This document shows positions 39,910 to 48,962 of a stretch of 64,000 bases of DNA, in pieces (the stretch's first letter is position 1; each line of letters begins with the position of its first letter). A program made the translations under genes and the position numbers. The stretch comes from Candidatus Nanopelagicaceae bacterium. GTDB taxonomy: Bacteria; Actinomycetota; Actinomycetes; Nanopelagicales; Nanopelagicaceae. The stretch spans positions 8,642 to 72,641 of the forward strand of contig DAIOTH010000001.1 in the NCBI GenBank assembly GCA_036752125.1, read 5' to 3'. The notes below the pieces were generated by a model. It made no database searches and was not told the origin of the DNA. It worked only from the letters and a program-made list of their open reading frames with translations.

Positions 39910-40429
39910 ACAAATTTACAATCTTGACCTGGTCGATCGATTTGTTCTGGGTACCGTCGGGCAACCTGGTGAAAGAGCCTTTTATATTCAAGTAAAGAAG
40001 TCGGGTCAGATTTTCTCATTTGCCCTCGAAAAGTCGCAGGCCCAAGCCTTAACCGAAAGGTTTGCTGAAATCCTTAAAGATGCTCGTATCACTCAAGGAG
40101 CAGCAGAGAAGGATGCAGAACCGCTTGATTCACCAATCGAATCCGAATTTACTCTTGGCGTCATGGCGATTTCGTGGCAGCTGGATTCTCAAGTGATCAA
40201 GTTTGAAGCGCAAGGAATATCGAACGACAGTAGCGATGAAGTTTTTGATGAGATCGTTACGGATGATCTGCTCTCCGCGCCGCCGATACTGCGATTGACT
40301 CTAACACCTGCTCAAGTTCGGGGATTTGTTTACCGCTCCGTTTCGGTTATTAAAGCTGGACGACAACCGTGCATGTTCTGCGGTGGTCCCATTAATCCGG
40401 ATGGTCATATCTGTCCACGAGCCAATTGA
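39884..40429 (+). CDS. DUF3090-family protein
   Basis: RFVLGTVGQPGERAFYIQV N-terminal motif and C-terminal Zn-ribbon-like CMFCGGPINPDGHICPR. Start ambiguous: ATG 39884 or GTG 39902. Confidence 0.7.
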   Translation: MSEGVRVSRQIYNLDLVDRFVLGTVGQPGERAFYIQVKKSGQIFSFALEKSQAQALTERFAEILKDARITQGAAEKDAEPLDSPIESEFTLGVMAISWQLDSQVIKFEAQGISNDSSDEVFDEIVTDDLLSAPPILRLTLTPAQVRGFVYRSVSVIKAGRQPCMFCGGPINPDGHICPRAN

Positions 40430-40438
40430 TTTCTATCC

Positions 40439-41140
40439 ATGCCGTCTGAACAGGAACTTCTCACGGGGGAGTTATCGATAGAAGGTCGATTGATCGACGC
40501 ATCTAACGCAACACTTTTCGGTTCAGTGGAGATTGATTCAGAAACGAGATATCAAGTCGTTTATAAGCCCATCGCGGGAGAACGGCCGCTATGGGATTTT
40601 CCTGATGGAAATCTTGCTTCCAGAGAAGTCGCAGCATATTTGGTGAGCAAACATGGTGGCTTTGATTGTGTTCCCACAACTGTTTTGCGAGATGGACCTT
40701 TTGGAGTTGGCGCTGTTCAAGAGTGGATTACTGTCGCAGAGGATATTGATGCGATTTCACTTGGGCAATCGGAGAATCCAGCGATAAGAAATATCGCCTT
40801 CTTTGATGTAGTTATCAACAATACCGACCGAAAGTTTGGACACATTCTGCCCATTGCTCCAAATCGAATTCTCGGTTGCGATCACGGAGTTTCTTTCCAT
40901 GAAGAGTTCAAATTACGAACGGTTATCTGGCAATTTGCCGGAGAGAAACTTCTTCCACATGAATATTCGCAAGCGAGAAATCTTCTGGATTGGCTCTCAA
41001 ACGATGGTGGTACGTTTCTAGATAATTTAATAAGGAAAGAAGAACTGTCCGCTATGGAAGTCCGAATACATCGTCTGATTGAGGAGGGTTTTCCCTTTCC
41101 TTCGGAGGATTGGCCAGCAATACCTTGGCCGCCGGTCTAG
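40439..41140 (+). CDS. SCO1664-family protein (PI3/PI4-kinase-like atypical kinase fold)
   Basis: 233 aa. NNTDRKFGHIL (catalytic-loop-like) and CDHGVSF (DFG-like) motifs. Confidence 0.65.
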   Translation: MPSEQELLTGELSIEGRLIDASNATLFGSVEIDSETRYQVVYKPIAGERPLWDFPDGNLASREVAAYLVSKHGGFDCVPTTVLRDGPFGVGAVQEWITVAEDIDAISLGQSENPAIRNIAFFDVVINNTDRKFGHILPIAPNRILGCDHGVSFHEEFKLRTVIWQFAGEKLLPHEYSQARNLLDWLSNDGGTFLDNLIRKEELSAMEVRIHRLIEEGFPFPSEDWPAIPWPPV

Positions 41141-41183
41141 CTTTTTGATGCTTTTCTTGAGCGCGCTTAAGAATCTTTCTAAG

Positions 41184-41189
41184 TAGCAT
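41184..41189 (+). promoter_or_regulatory. -10 element for leaderless mshC
   Basis: TAGCAT, then TCGGTT (6 nt), then the ATG at 41196. Confidence 0.45.
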
Positions 41190-41195
41190 TCGGTT

Positions 41196-42428
41196 ATGCG
41201 TTCTTGGCCTGCATTGGCGATTCCGCCTGCGCTCTCTGGATTTATTCCAAAGCCACTTTCGCTCTTCGATTCCTACAAGAAAAGACGAATCGAGGTTATG
41301 GAAGCCTCTCCGTCCCTCTACGTTTGTGGAATTACGCCGTACGACGCTACCCACCTCGGACATGCTGCAACATACATTTCTTTTGATTTGATACATCGTT
41401 ACTTGGTTCTGCAAGGCAAAGAAGTCACCTTTGTCGAGAACATTACTGATATTGATGATCCTTTATTAGAGAGAGCTCAACGAGATAGTCAAAATTGGGA
41501 GGAATTGGCAACATCACAGATTGATCTCTTCCGTACCGATATGACTGCGCTGAGAGTTCTCCCTCCTCAGCGATATTCAGGCGTTGTGGAATCAATGACG
41601 GTAATCATTGAACTCATCGAACGGCACATTGCTTCGGGATTTACCTATTCTCTCGATGGTGACATCTATTTAGATTTAAGTGGTGTTGATGGAGCTCTGA
41701 ACTCACTCCCTTTTACGCCAGAAGATTCTCTTAAAATATTTAAAGAGCGTGGGGGAGATCCAGATAGAGAGGGCAAAAGAAACCCTTTAGACCCATTGTT
41801 ATGGCGCGCTAAGAAGGGTAATGACCCATCATGGTCAGCACCTTTCGGTGAAGGGCGCCCAGGCTGGCACGTAGAGTGTGTAGCAATCGCATTACACAAC
41901 ACTAATGCGGGTAAGGATACGTCGATCTCGATACAAGGCGGCGGTTCAGACTTAATCTTTCCTCATCACTACATGACTGCAGTTCAATCAAAATCTGTTA
42001 CTGGTCAAGAATTCGCTAGCGCCTACATACATGCGGGCATGATTGGTCTAGATGGCGAAAAGATGAGTAAGAGCAAAGGAAATTTAGTCTTTGTATCAAA
42101 ACTCTTAGGTGCTGGAATGTCACCACAAGTTATTCGTATTGCACTCACAATGGAGCATTTTCAAAAAGATCGTATGTGGAGTGATGAAAATATTCGTCGC
42201 GCGCAAGCGTTATCTACCAAGATTGAATCTGCGCTCTCCCGTTCCGAGGTTGCGCCCACACAGGATCTTGTCAAAGAGATCGTAGATTCATTAGCGGATA
42301 ATCTAGATACTCCTAGGGCCTACGCAGCGATTGAGAAGTGGTGTGATCGAACTGCCGATGGTGACGAAGGTGGATCTGCTGGGGAAGTTTCGCGAACTCT
42401 CGATAGCTATTTAGGTTTAGCTTTCTAA
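41196..42428 (+). CDS. mshC: L-cysteine:1D-myo-inositol 2-amino-2-deoxy-alpha-D-glucopyranoside ligase
   Basis: MRSW N-terminus, VCGITPYDATHLGHAATY (HIGH) and KMSKSKGN (KMSKS), 410 aa without an anticodon-binding extension. Confidence 0.88.
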   Translation: MRSWPALAIPPALSGFIPKPLSLFDSYKKRRIEVMEASPSLYVCGITPYDATHLGHAATYISFDLIHRYLVLQGKEVTFVENITDIDDPLLERAQRDSQNWEELATSQIDLFRTDMTALRVLPPQRYSGVVESMTVIIELIERHIASGFTYSLDGDIYLDLSGVDGALNSLPFTPEDSLKIFKERGGDPDREGKRNPLDPLLWRAKKGNDPSWSAPFGEGRPGWHVECVAIALHNTNAGKDTSISIQGGGSDLIFPHHYMTAVQSKSVTGQEFASAYIHAGMIGLDGEKMSKSKGNLVFVSKLLGAGMSPQVIRIALTMEHFQKDRMWSDENIRRAQALSTKIESALSRSEVAPTQDLVKEIVDSLADNLDTPRAYAAIEKWCDRTADGDEGGSAGEVSRTLDSYLGLAF

Positions 42429-42436
42429 TAACGAAA

Positions 42437-43282
42437 CTAAATTTCCGGATTTCGCCGAAGAAATCGCTCAACTTCGCGCGCTATAGCTTCGCCTGTTACA
42501 TCTGGAAGCTCGCTAGCATCCTTCGAAGATTCTAATTGGCGGACATAATCCCCAACCTCAGAATCTTCTGCTGCCATTTGATCTACCTGCTTCTCCCAAG
42601 AAATTGCGCGTTCGGGTAAATCACCTTGAGCGATACTTATTTCCAGAAAATCCTCTAACGCATTAACGAGAGCAAGTGATGCTTTTGGTGAAGGAGGAGT
42701 GGAGACATAGTGAGGTACCGCCGCCCACAGCGAAACCGCATCTAGACCTCGACGATGAGCCGCATCTTGTATTACGCCAACTATTCCTGTCGGACCTTCG
42801 TAGCGTGAGATTTCGACGCCAAGTTTTTCAGCCACATCTGGATGCGCGCCGCTACCAGTAACGCTGATTGGACGAGAATGCGGAGTATCAGCCAAGAGCG
42901 CGCCCATTGTCACCAACATTTGCACTTCGTAATCATCGGCAAGGTCTAGCAATTCGTCTGCAAATCTTTGCCAGCGCATAGACGGTTCTATTCCTTTAAC
43001 CAATAGAAAGTCGTGTTCCAAGTGTGGAGTTGAAACTGCATAAACAATTGTGTTGGGCCAAATGATTTCTCGAACAACCTTTTCGTCAACACGAATAGTT
43101 GGGCGATTTACTTGAAAATCGTAATAATCCTCGGGATCCATTAAGCCAAGTTGTTGGTGGGTCCAAACGGTGAGTAGGTGAGTGAGAGCACCGGTTGCAG
43201 ACTCACCAGCATCATTCCAACCTTCAAAGGCTGCAATCATGATGGGTTGGCGCAAATTCAATGAGTTCTCCGAAATGAACAT
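42437..43282 (-). CDS. PAC2-family (proteasome assembly chaperone 2-like) protein
   Basis: MIAAFEGWNDAGESATGAL motif. Divergent from metH, as with the mycobacterial Rv2125/metH pair. Confidence 0.75.
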   Translation of the reverse strand: MFISENSLNLRQPIMIAAFEGWNDAGESATGALTHLLTVWTHQQLGLMDPEDYYDFQVNRPTIRVDEKVVREIIWPNTIVYAVSTPHLEHDFLLVKGIEPSMRWQRFADELLDLADDYEVQMLVTMGALLADTPHSRPISVTGSGAHPDVAEKLGVEISRYEGPTGIVGVIQDAAHRRGLDAVSLWAAVPHYVSTPPSPKASLALVNALEDFLEISIAQGDLPERAISWEKQVDQMAAEDSEVGDYVRQLESSKDASELPDVTGEAIAREVERFLRRNPEI

Positions 43283-43288
43283 GGTGCG

Positions 43289-43294
43289 AGCCTA
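43289..43294 (-). promoter_or_regulatory. -10 element for the leaderless PAC2-family gene
   Basis: Minus strand reads TAGGCT, then CGCACC (6 nt), then the ATG at 43282. Confidence 0.4.
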
Positions 43295-43297
43295 CGA

Positions 43298-43303
43298 TAA
43301 ACT
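43298..43303 (+). promoter_or_regulatory. -10 element for leaderless metH
   Basis: TAAACT, then CCCGCTA (7 nt), then the in-frame GTG at 43311. Confidence 0.4.
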
Positions 43304-43310
43304 CCCGCTA

Positions 43311-46300
43311 GTGAGCGCGTCGAAATTGAATCTAAAAGTGCCTTCCAGCGCGCTCCGTACGGCTCTCAACTCCCGAATCGTCATCGCTGACGGTGCAATG
43401 GGCACGATGATTCAAGCCGCAAATCCCTCGTTGGAGGATTTTCAAGGATATGAAGGTTGCAACGAGATTCTCAATGTAACGCGAGCTGAGTTAATTGCAG
43501 ATATTCATCGTAAGTATTTGAACGTTGGTGTTGACGCCATCGAGACGAACACATTCGGTGCCAATCTTGCAAATCTGGGGGAGTATGAAATCTCAGATCG
43601 AATTTATGAATTAGCTAGGGCGGGCGCTGAAATCGCACGCGGTGTTGCAGATGAATTTTCGACCGAAGAGAAACCTCGATGGGTACTCGGTTCATTGGGT
43701 CCTGGTACAAAATTGCCAACTCTCGGTCACATCACCTACCAAGAATTGAAAGATGCATATGAATTGGCCTCTCGTGGACTTATCGATGGGGGCGCCGATG
43801 CTTTGCTTGTTGAGACCACACAAGATCTTCTCCAGGCAAAAGCTGCAGTTAATGGGGCGCGTGCCGCGAGATCAAAGTGCGAACGAGACATAGTTATCAT
43901 CGCTCAAGTCACTGTAGAAACTACAGGAACAATGTTGCTTGGTACGGAAATCGGAGCGGCGCTTAATTCTCTTGCCGCCTTAGGCGTTGACGTGATTGGC
44001 ATGAACTGCGCAACCGGACCTGCGGAGATGAGCGAGCACTTGAGAACGCTCAGCAAAGCATCGCCCATTGGAATTTCCTGCATGCCAAATGCCGGATTAC
44101 CTGTGCTCAAAGACGGTGGCGCTTACTATCCACTTGGACCTGACGAATTGGCCGATTCTCTAGCTACTTTTGTCGACGCTTATGGCGTGGGCCTGGTTGG
44201 TGGATGCTGTGGAACAACGCCCGAACATTTAGCAGCAGTGGTAAAGAAATTAGATCGACAGAATTTGAAGGCTCGTTCGCCTAAGTTGGAATCAGGCGCT
44301 TCCTCGCTCTACTCATTCGCTCCTTTTCGACAAGATCAAACTTATTTAGCAATCGGCGAGCGAACCAATGCAAATGGCAGCCGTGCTTTTAGGGATGCGC
44401 TTATCGCCGATGATTGGGAGAAGTGTGTCGAAATTGCGAAAGATCAAATCCGCGAAGGAGCTCACTTACTAGATCTATCTGTTGATTACGTTGGTCGTGA
44501 CGGCGCTCGAGACATGACGGAGTTGGCTAAAAGATTTTCCACCACCACAACGCTTCCCATTGTTCTTGACTCTACGGAACCGGCAGTCATACGAGCAGGT
44601 CTTGAAAATCTGGGTGGCCGATGTGTAATCAACTCAGTCAACTATGAAGATGGAGATGGACCTGAATCTCGGTTTGCCAAGATTATGCCGCTTGCGAAAG
44701 AGCATGGCGCGGCTCTCGTTGCTCTCACAATTGATGAAGAAGGTCAGGCTCGTGATAAAGAATGGAAGTTGAGAGTTGCACGGAGATTAATTAAGGATCT
44801 CACCGAAGAGTGGCAAATTAACATCTCAGACATCATCATCGATTGCTTAACCTTTCCCATTGCAACAGGACAAGAAGAAACAAGGCGTGATGCGCTCGAA
44901 ACGATAGATGCGATTCGACAACTTAAAATGGAATATCCTGATGTTCAAACTACCCTCGGCGTAAGTAATGTTTCTTTTGGTCTTAATCCTGCGGCGCGTA
45001 TTGTCTTGAACTCAGTCTTCCTTGCTGAAGCTGTGAACGCCGGCCTCGACAGCGCAATAGTTCACCCTTCGAAAATATCTCCGATGAATCGCATTCCCCA
45101 AGAGCAGCGAGAAGTTGCTCTAGATCTGATTTATGACCGTAGACGATTTGAGAATGATCTCTGCGTATACGATCCGTTGGAACGCTTCCTTGAGCTATTT
45201 GAAGGCGTCGAAGTTTCTTCAACGAAGCAGTCTCGAGCCGCTGAACTGGCCGCGCTACCGCTCACAGATCGACTTGTGAAACGAATTATTGATGGCGAAA
45301 AACAGGGTTTAACTGAGGATCTGGAGGCAGCCAGAGTTTCTGGAATTGCGCCGTTAACCATCATTAATGATTATCTCCTCGAAGGCATGAAAGTTGTTGG
45401 AGAACTTTTTGGTAAAGGGGAAATGCAGCTTCCCTTCGTCTTGCAATCTGCTGAAGTAATGAAGAGCGCAGTAGCGTTACTCGAACCACATATGGAGAAA
45501 TCAGAATCAAATAATCGCGGTTCAATTTTGTTGGCTACGGTAAAAGGTGATGTCCACGATATTGGAAAGAATTTGGTAGATATCATCCTCACCAATAATG
45601 GGTTTAAGGTAGTAAATATTGGAATCAAGCAAACAATCAATCAAATCATCGATGCCGCAATAGAAAATGATGTCGATGTCATTGGTATGAGTGGTCTACT
45701 CGTTAAATCCACAGTCATCATGAAAGAAAACCTTGAAGAGCTAGATAGTCGTGGTCTAGCGTCACGATGGCCAATACTTCTTGGCGGCGCAGCGCTTACG
45801 CGCACATTTGTTGAAAGTGACTTGGCCACGAAATTTCCTGGCACGGTTCGATATGCGCGTGATGCTTTTGAAGGGCTCTCGCTCATGGATGCAATCATGG
45901 GTGAGAAAAGGGGAGTTCCAGGAGTTTCGCTACCTCCTTTAAAGGAACGCCGCACTCGAGTTGTATCCGCCGATGCTCCTTCGACTACCGAAACAACGCG
46001 AAGTGATGTCTCTGATTCAAATATCGTGCCTCGGGCGCCGTTCTTTGGTTCTCGTGTTGTTAAAGGTATTGCACTTAATGAATTTAGCTCGATGCTTGAT
46101 GAGCGGGCGCTCTTTGTTGGGCAGTGGGGCTTGAAAGGAAACAAGGGAAGTTACGAAGAGATGGTCGAGAATGAAGGTCGGCCACGGCTACGTTCGCTTC
46201 TCAATGAAGCGCAAGCTCACGGTTGGCTCAATGCCGCAGTCGTATACGGATATTTTCCTTGCTACAGCGAAGGGAACGACCTAGTAATTCTTCATCATGA

Positions 46301-46820
46301 AGGAGATAAAGAGGGATCTGAACGTCTTCGTTTCACTTTCCCACGCCAGAGGCGAGACAGACGGCTATGTATCAGCGATTTCTTCCGTTCCAAGCAATCA
46401 GGGATTGTTGATGTTGTCGCTTTTCATATTGTCACAATGGGCCAATCGGTAAGTGAAGCGACTAGCAAGCTCTTTAATGAGAATAACTATCGAGAATATT
46501 TAGAGTTACATGGCTTAGGCGTTCAGCTGACCGAAGCCTTGGCCGAACGTTGGCATGCACGAGTTCGTTCCGAGTTGAACTTTGCGAACGAAGATAGTTC
46601 GCAATTGGATGAGATTTTGGATCAAGGTTATCGCGGTTCGCGTTACAGTTTTGGTTACCCCGCTTGTCCAGATTTAGAACAACAAGTTCAACTCTGTGAA
46701 CTATTAGAACCTGAAAGAATCGGTGTTTCTTTATCGGAAGAGTTCCAACTCCACCCAGAGCAGAGCACTTCAGCCATCATCGTTCATCACCCCGAAGCAA
46801 AGTATTTCAATGCTCAATAA
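43311..46820 (+). CDS. metH: cobalamin-dependent methionine synthase
   Basis: Hcy-binding (IADGAMGT, GGCCGTTP), pterin-binding, B12-binding (GDVHDIGKN) and activation domains. Start is uncertain: the ORF opens at 43182, but that overlaps the divergent PAC2 gene. GTG at 43311 leaves about 21 aa before RIVIADG. Confidence 0.93.
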   Translation: MSASKLNLKVPSSALRTALNSRIVIADGAMGTMIQAANPSLEDFQGYEGCNEILNVTRAELIADIHRKYLNVGVDAIETNTFGANLANLGEYEISDRIYELARAGAEIARGVADEFSTEEKPRWVLGSLGPGTKLPTLGHITYQELKDAYELASRGLIDGGADALLVETTQDLLQAKAAVNGARAARSKCERDIVIIAQVTVETTGTMLLGTEIGAALNSLAALGVDVIGMNCATGPAEMSEHLRTLSKASPIGISCMPNAGLPVLKDGGAYYPLGPDELADSLATFVDAYGVGLVGGCCGTTPEHLAAVVKKLDRQNLKARSPKLESGASSLYSFAPFRQDQTYLAIGERTNANGSRAFRDALIADDWEKCVEIAKDQIREGAHLLDLSVDYVGRDGARDMTELAKRFSTTTTLPIVLDSTEPAVIRAGLENLGGRCVINSVNYEDGDGPESRFAKIMPLAKEHGAALVALTIDEEGQARDKEWKLRVARRLIKDLTEEWQINISDIIIDCLTFPIATGQEETRRDALETIDAIRQLKMEYPDVQTTLGVSNVSFGLNPAARIVLNSVFLAEAVNAGLDSAIVHPSKISPMNRIPQEQREVALDLIYDRRRFENDLCVYDPLERFLELFEGVEVSSTKQSRAAELAALPLTDRLVKRIIDGEKQGLTEDLEAARVSGIAPLTIINDYLLEGMKVVGELFGKGEMQLPFVLQSAEVMKSAVALLEPHMEKSESNNRGSILLATVKGDVHDIGKNLVDIILTNNGFKVVNIGIKQTINQIIDAAIENDVDVIGMSGLLVKSTVIMKENLEELDSRGLASRWPILLGGAALTRTFVESDLATKFPGTVRYARDAFEGLSLMDAIMGEKRGVPGVSLPPLKERRTRVVSADAPSTTETTRSDVSDSNIVPRAPFFGSRVVKGIALNEFSSMLDERALFVGQWGLKGNKGSYEEMVENEGRPRLRSLLNEAQAHGWLNAAVVYGYFPCYSEGNDLVILHHEGDKEGSERLRFTFPRQRRDRRLCISDFFRSKQSGIVDVVAFHIVTMGQSVSEATSKLFNENNYREYLELHGLGVQLTEALAERWHARVRSELNFANEDSSQLDEILDQGYRGSRYSFGYPACPDLEQQVQLCELLEPERIGVSLSEEFQLHPEQSTSAIIVHHPEAKYFNAQ

Positions 46821-47496
46821 TTTCCCTTTCGAAGCAGTGCTCTGGGATATGGATGGAACGCTTATCGACAGCGAGCCTTTATGGATTGAACAAGAGCGTG
46901 AGCTAATGGCGAGCCTCGGAGCGGCGTGGAGTGATGCCGATGCGTTGCATTGTGTTGGTGGTCCTATGACGAGGGTAGACGCATTTATGAGGAGCAAACT
47001 TTCACCTTCGCAGCAAAGCGAATTCCAACCACTAGAAATTACTAACACTTTGCTTAAACGCATGGAAACTCGATTTAAACAGGGCGTTGACTTTGCTGAT
47101 GGTTCGCGAGAATTGATGATTGAGATGCGTTCAAACTCAATAAAGTTGGCGCTGGTTTCGGCTTCATCGCGACCCTTGATGGATGCTGCCCTCGTCAGTA
47201 TTGGTAAAGAACATTTCGAAGTAACCATTTCAGATAATGACGTTTCACAATCTAAACCCAATCCTGAAGGTTACGTATTGGCAGCAAAGAAACTCTCTGT
47301 CAATATTGAACGCTGCTTAGTTATTGAAGATTCGATTACCGGGATGAATGCCGCAATCTCTTCAGGAGCCTACGTATTAGGACTGCCTCATTTCTCTCCA
47401 CTCCCAGAAGGCGCGAAAGTCATTCATTTACCCTCCCTCAAAGGAGTAACTCTTGAATCTCTTACTCGAAGTTTTGAAGCTCTTGTAAATGTTTAG
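46810..47496 (+). CDS. HAD-IA family hydrolase (beta-phosphoglucomutase-like)
   Basis: VLWDMDGTLIDSE motif I, SAS motif II, K and EDSITG motif IV. ATG at 46810 overlaps the metH stop by 11 nt. Confidence 0.75.
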   Translation: MLNNFPFEAVLWDMDGTLIDSEPLWIEQERELMASLGAAWSDADALHCVGGPMTRVDAFMRSKLSPSQQSEFQPLEITNTLLKRMETRFKQGVDFADGSRELMIEMRSNSIKLALVSASSRPLMDAALVSIGKEHFEVTISDNDVSQSKPNPEGYVLAAKKLSVNIERCLVIEDSITGMNAAISSGAYVLGLPHFSPLPEGAKVIHLPSLKGVTLESLTRSFEALVNV

Positions 47497-47508
47497 AATT
47501 TTGTGAGG

Positions 47509-47514
47509 GATAAT
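47509..47514 (+). promoter_or_regulatory. -10 element for leaderless trmI
   Basis: GATAAT, then CAGTTC (6 nt), then the ATG at 47521. Confidence 0.4.
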
Positions 47515-47520
47515 CAGTTC

Positions 47521-48378
47521 ATGAGAGCTCAAGGTTCGGGGAAATTACAACCAGGTGATCGAGTTCAACTCACCGATGAACGCGGGAAGATGTACTCCTT
47601 CTACCTTGCCGAAGGTGGGCAATGGCATTCTCACAAAGGTTGGATCAATCATGCCGACATTATTGGACTAGATGAAGGCTCAACTGTCGTATCCAATTCT
47701 GGAACGAAATATCAAGTTCTTCGACCACTTCTTAACGATTACGTTCTTTCTATGCCACGAGGTGCAACCATTGTCTATCCCAAAGATGCAGCAGTGATTG
47801 TGGGTTTCGCTGATATTTTCCCAGGAGCTAAAGTGCTCGAAGCTGGAGCGGGAAGTGGCGCACTTGCAATTAGCTTATTAAGAGCTATCGGAAATGGCTC
47901 ACTTGTTTCGTACGAAATGCGCGACGAATTTCTAGAGAATGCTCGAGACAATGTTCGTAAATACTTCGGAAACATTCCTAGCAATTGGACTTTGGTACAT
48001 GATCAAGTTCAAAATGGAGCATTTTCAGGGGATTTCGATCGGGTTATATTTGACATGCTTGCTCCGTGGGATTGTTTAGAAGTTGCATATAGCGCGCTAA
48101 AACCCGGCGGCGTGCTCTGTTGTTACGTAGCTACCACCACTCAATTATCGAAAGTGGCTGAAGCTATCAAGGCGTCTGACAGATTTTCTGAACCCGAGAG
48201 TTTCGAAACCCTTTTGCGTCCCTGGCATCACGAAGGACTTGCAGTACGACCGATGCATTCCATGAATGCACACACAGGATTTTTATTATTTACCCGAAAA
48301 TTGGCGGAAGGAACTCCGCCAATTCGGAGAAAACGACGACCTTCGAAAGGTCAGTTGGAAACGCCAGACCTTAATTAA
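47521..48378 (+). CDS. trmI: tRNA (adenine58-N1)-methyltransferase
   Basis: GDRVQLTDERGKMY N-domain and VLEAGAGSGALA SAM motif. ATG at 47521 matches the N-termini of homologues better than the GTG at 47503. Confidence 0.88.
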   Translation: MRAQGSGKLQPGDRVQLTDERGKMYSFYLAEGGQWHSHKGWINHADIIGLDEGSTVVSNSGTKYQVLRPLLNDYVLSMPRGATIVYPKDAAVIVGFADIFPGAKVLEAGAGSGALAISLLRAIGNGSLVSYEMRDEFLENARDNVRKYFGNIPSNWTLVHDQVQNGAFSGDFDRVIFDMLAPWDCLEVAYSALKPGGVLCCYVATTTQLSKVAEAIKASDRFSEPESFETLLRPWHHEGLAVRPMHSMNAHTGFLLFTRKLAEGTPPIRRKRRPSKGQLETPDLN

Positions 48379-48895
48379 CGTCGATAAGATCCACGACGAA
48401 AATTAAGGTTTCGTTTGGACCAATCGGACCGCCGCCTGCTTCGCCGTAACCGAGTGAGGGAGGTATAACCAATAAGCGTCGGCCTCCAACTTTCATTCCT
48501 GGGATCCCTTGTTGCCATCCAAGAATTACTTGATTAAGTCCGAATGTTGCAGGTTCTCCACTCCATGAGCTCTCTACAACTTCACCGGTCGACCAAGCCA
48601 TTAGTGTGTAATGGACTGTGAGAGTTGAGTTGGCTTCAGCGACTTTTCCGCTTCCAGCGATTACATCTTCCACAGCAAGCTCCTGTGGAGGGTTACCTGA
48701 AGGAGCAGTGATGGTTGGAGCTTCATTAGCCGCTCCAGATACTTGTGGCATGTTTGCTCCTGCGCTTTCTGTGTTGGATGTTGTTCCCATCGGAGAATTT
48801 GATGGCGCTCCGCCATCAGTAGTACAGCCAGCGAGCAAAGTGACGATGGCCAAAGCTACTGGTGCAAGAAGAGTGAATTGTGGCTTCTGAGTCAT
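48371..48895 (-). CDS. FKBP-type peptidyl-prolyl isomerase lipoprotein
   Basis: Lipobox LLAGC after a signal peptide. FKBP core VHYTLMAW...GWQQGIPGMKVGGRRLLVIPPSLGYG. Confidence 0.88.
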   Translation of the reverse strand: MTQKPQFTLLAPVALAIVTLLAGCTTDGGAPSNSPMGTTSNTESAGANMPQVSGAANEAPTITAPSGNPPQELAVEDVIAGSGKVAEANSTLTVHYTLMAWSTGEVVESSWSGEPATFGLNQVILGWQQGIPGMKVGGRRLLVIPPSLGYGEAGGGPIGPNETLIFVVDLIDVN

Positions 48896-48901
48896 GGGCG
48901 G

Positions 48902-48907
48902 ACTGTA
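48902..48907 (-). promoter_or_regulatory. -10 element for the leaderless FKBP gene
   Basis: Minus strand reads TACAGT, then CCGCCC (6 nt), then the ATG at 48895. Confidence 0.45.
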
Positions 48908-48950
48908 GCAAGTAGACGATTAAAAACGATGCTAGCCCTTCTTTAGCCGC

Positions 48951-48956
48951 TAATCT
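48951..48956 (+). promoter_or_regulatory. -10 element for leaderless pafB
   Basis: TAATCT, then CGCCCT (6 nt), then the ATG at 48963. Confidence 0.45.
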
Positions 48957-48962
48957 CGCCCT

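Noticed and set aside
41052-41414. 120-aa minus-strand ORF across the SCO1664/mshC gap.
   Set aside because: It overlaps the ends of two supported genes and the mshC promoter. The sequence is Arg-rich and low-complexity, so it is likely spurious.
45641-46144. 167-aa ORF antisense to metH. Similar long antisense ORFs occur at 45371..45640 and 46770..47261.
   Set aside because: It lies entirely inside a well-supported conserved gene on the other strand. The composition is low-complexity and Ser/Arg/Pro-rich, typical of shadow ORFs. There is no start context or motif.
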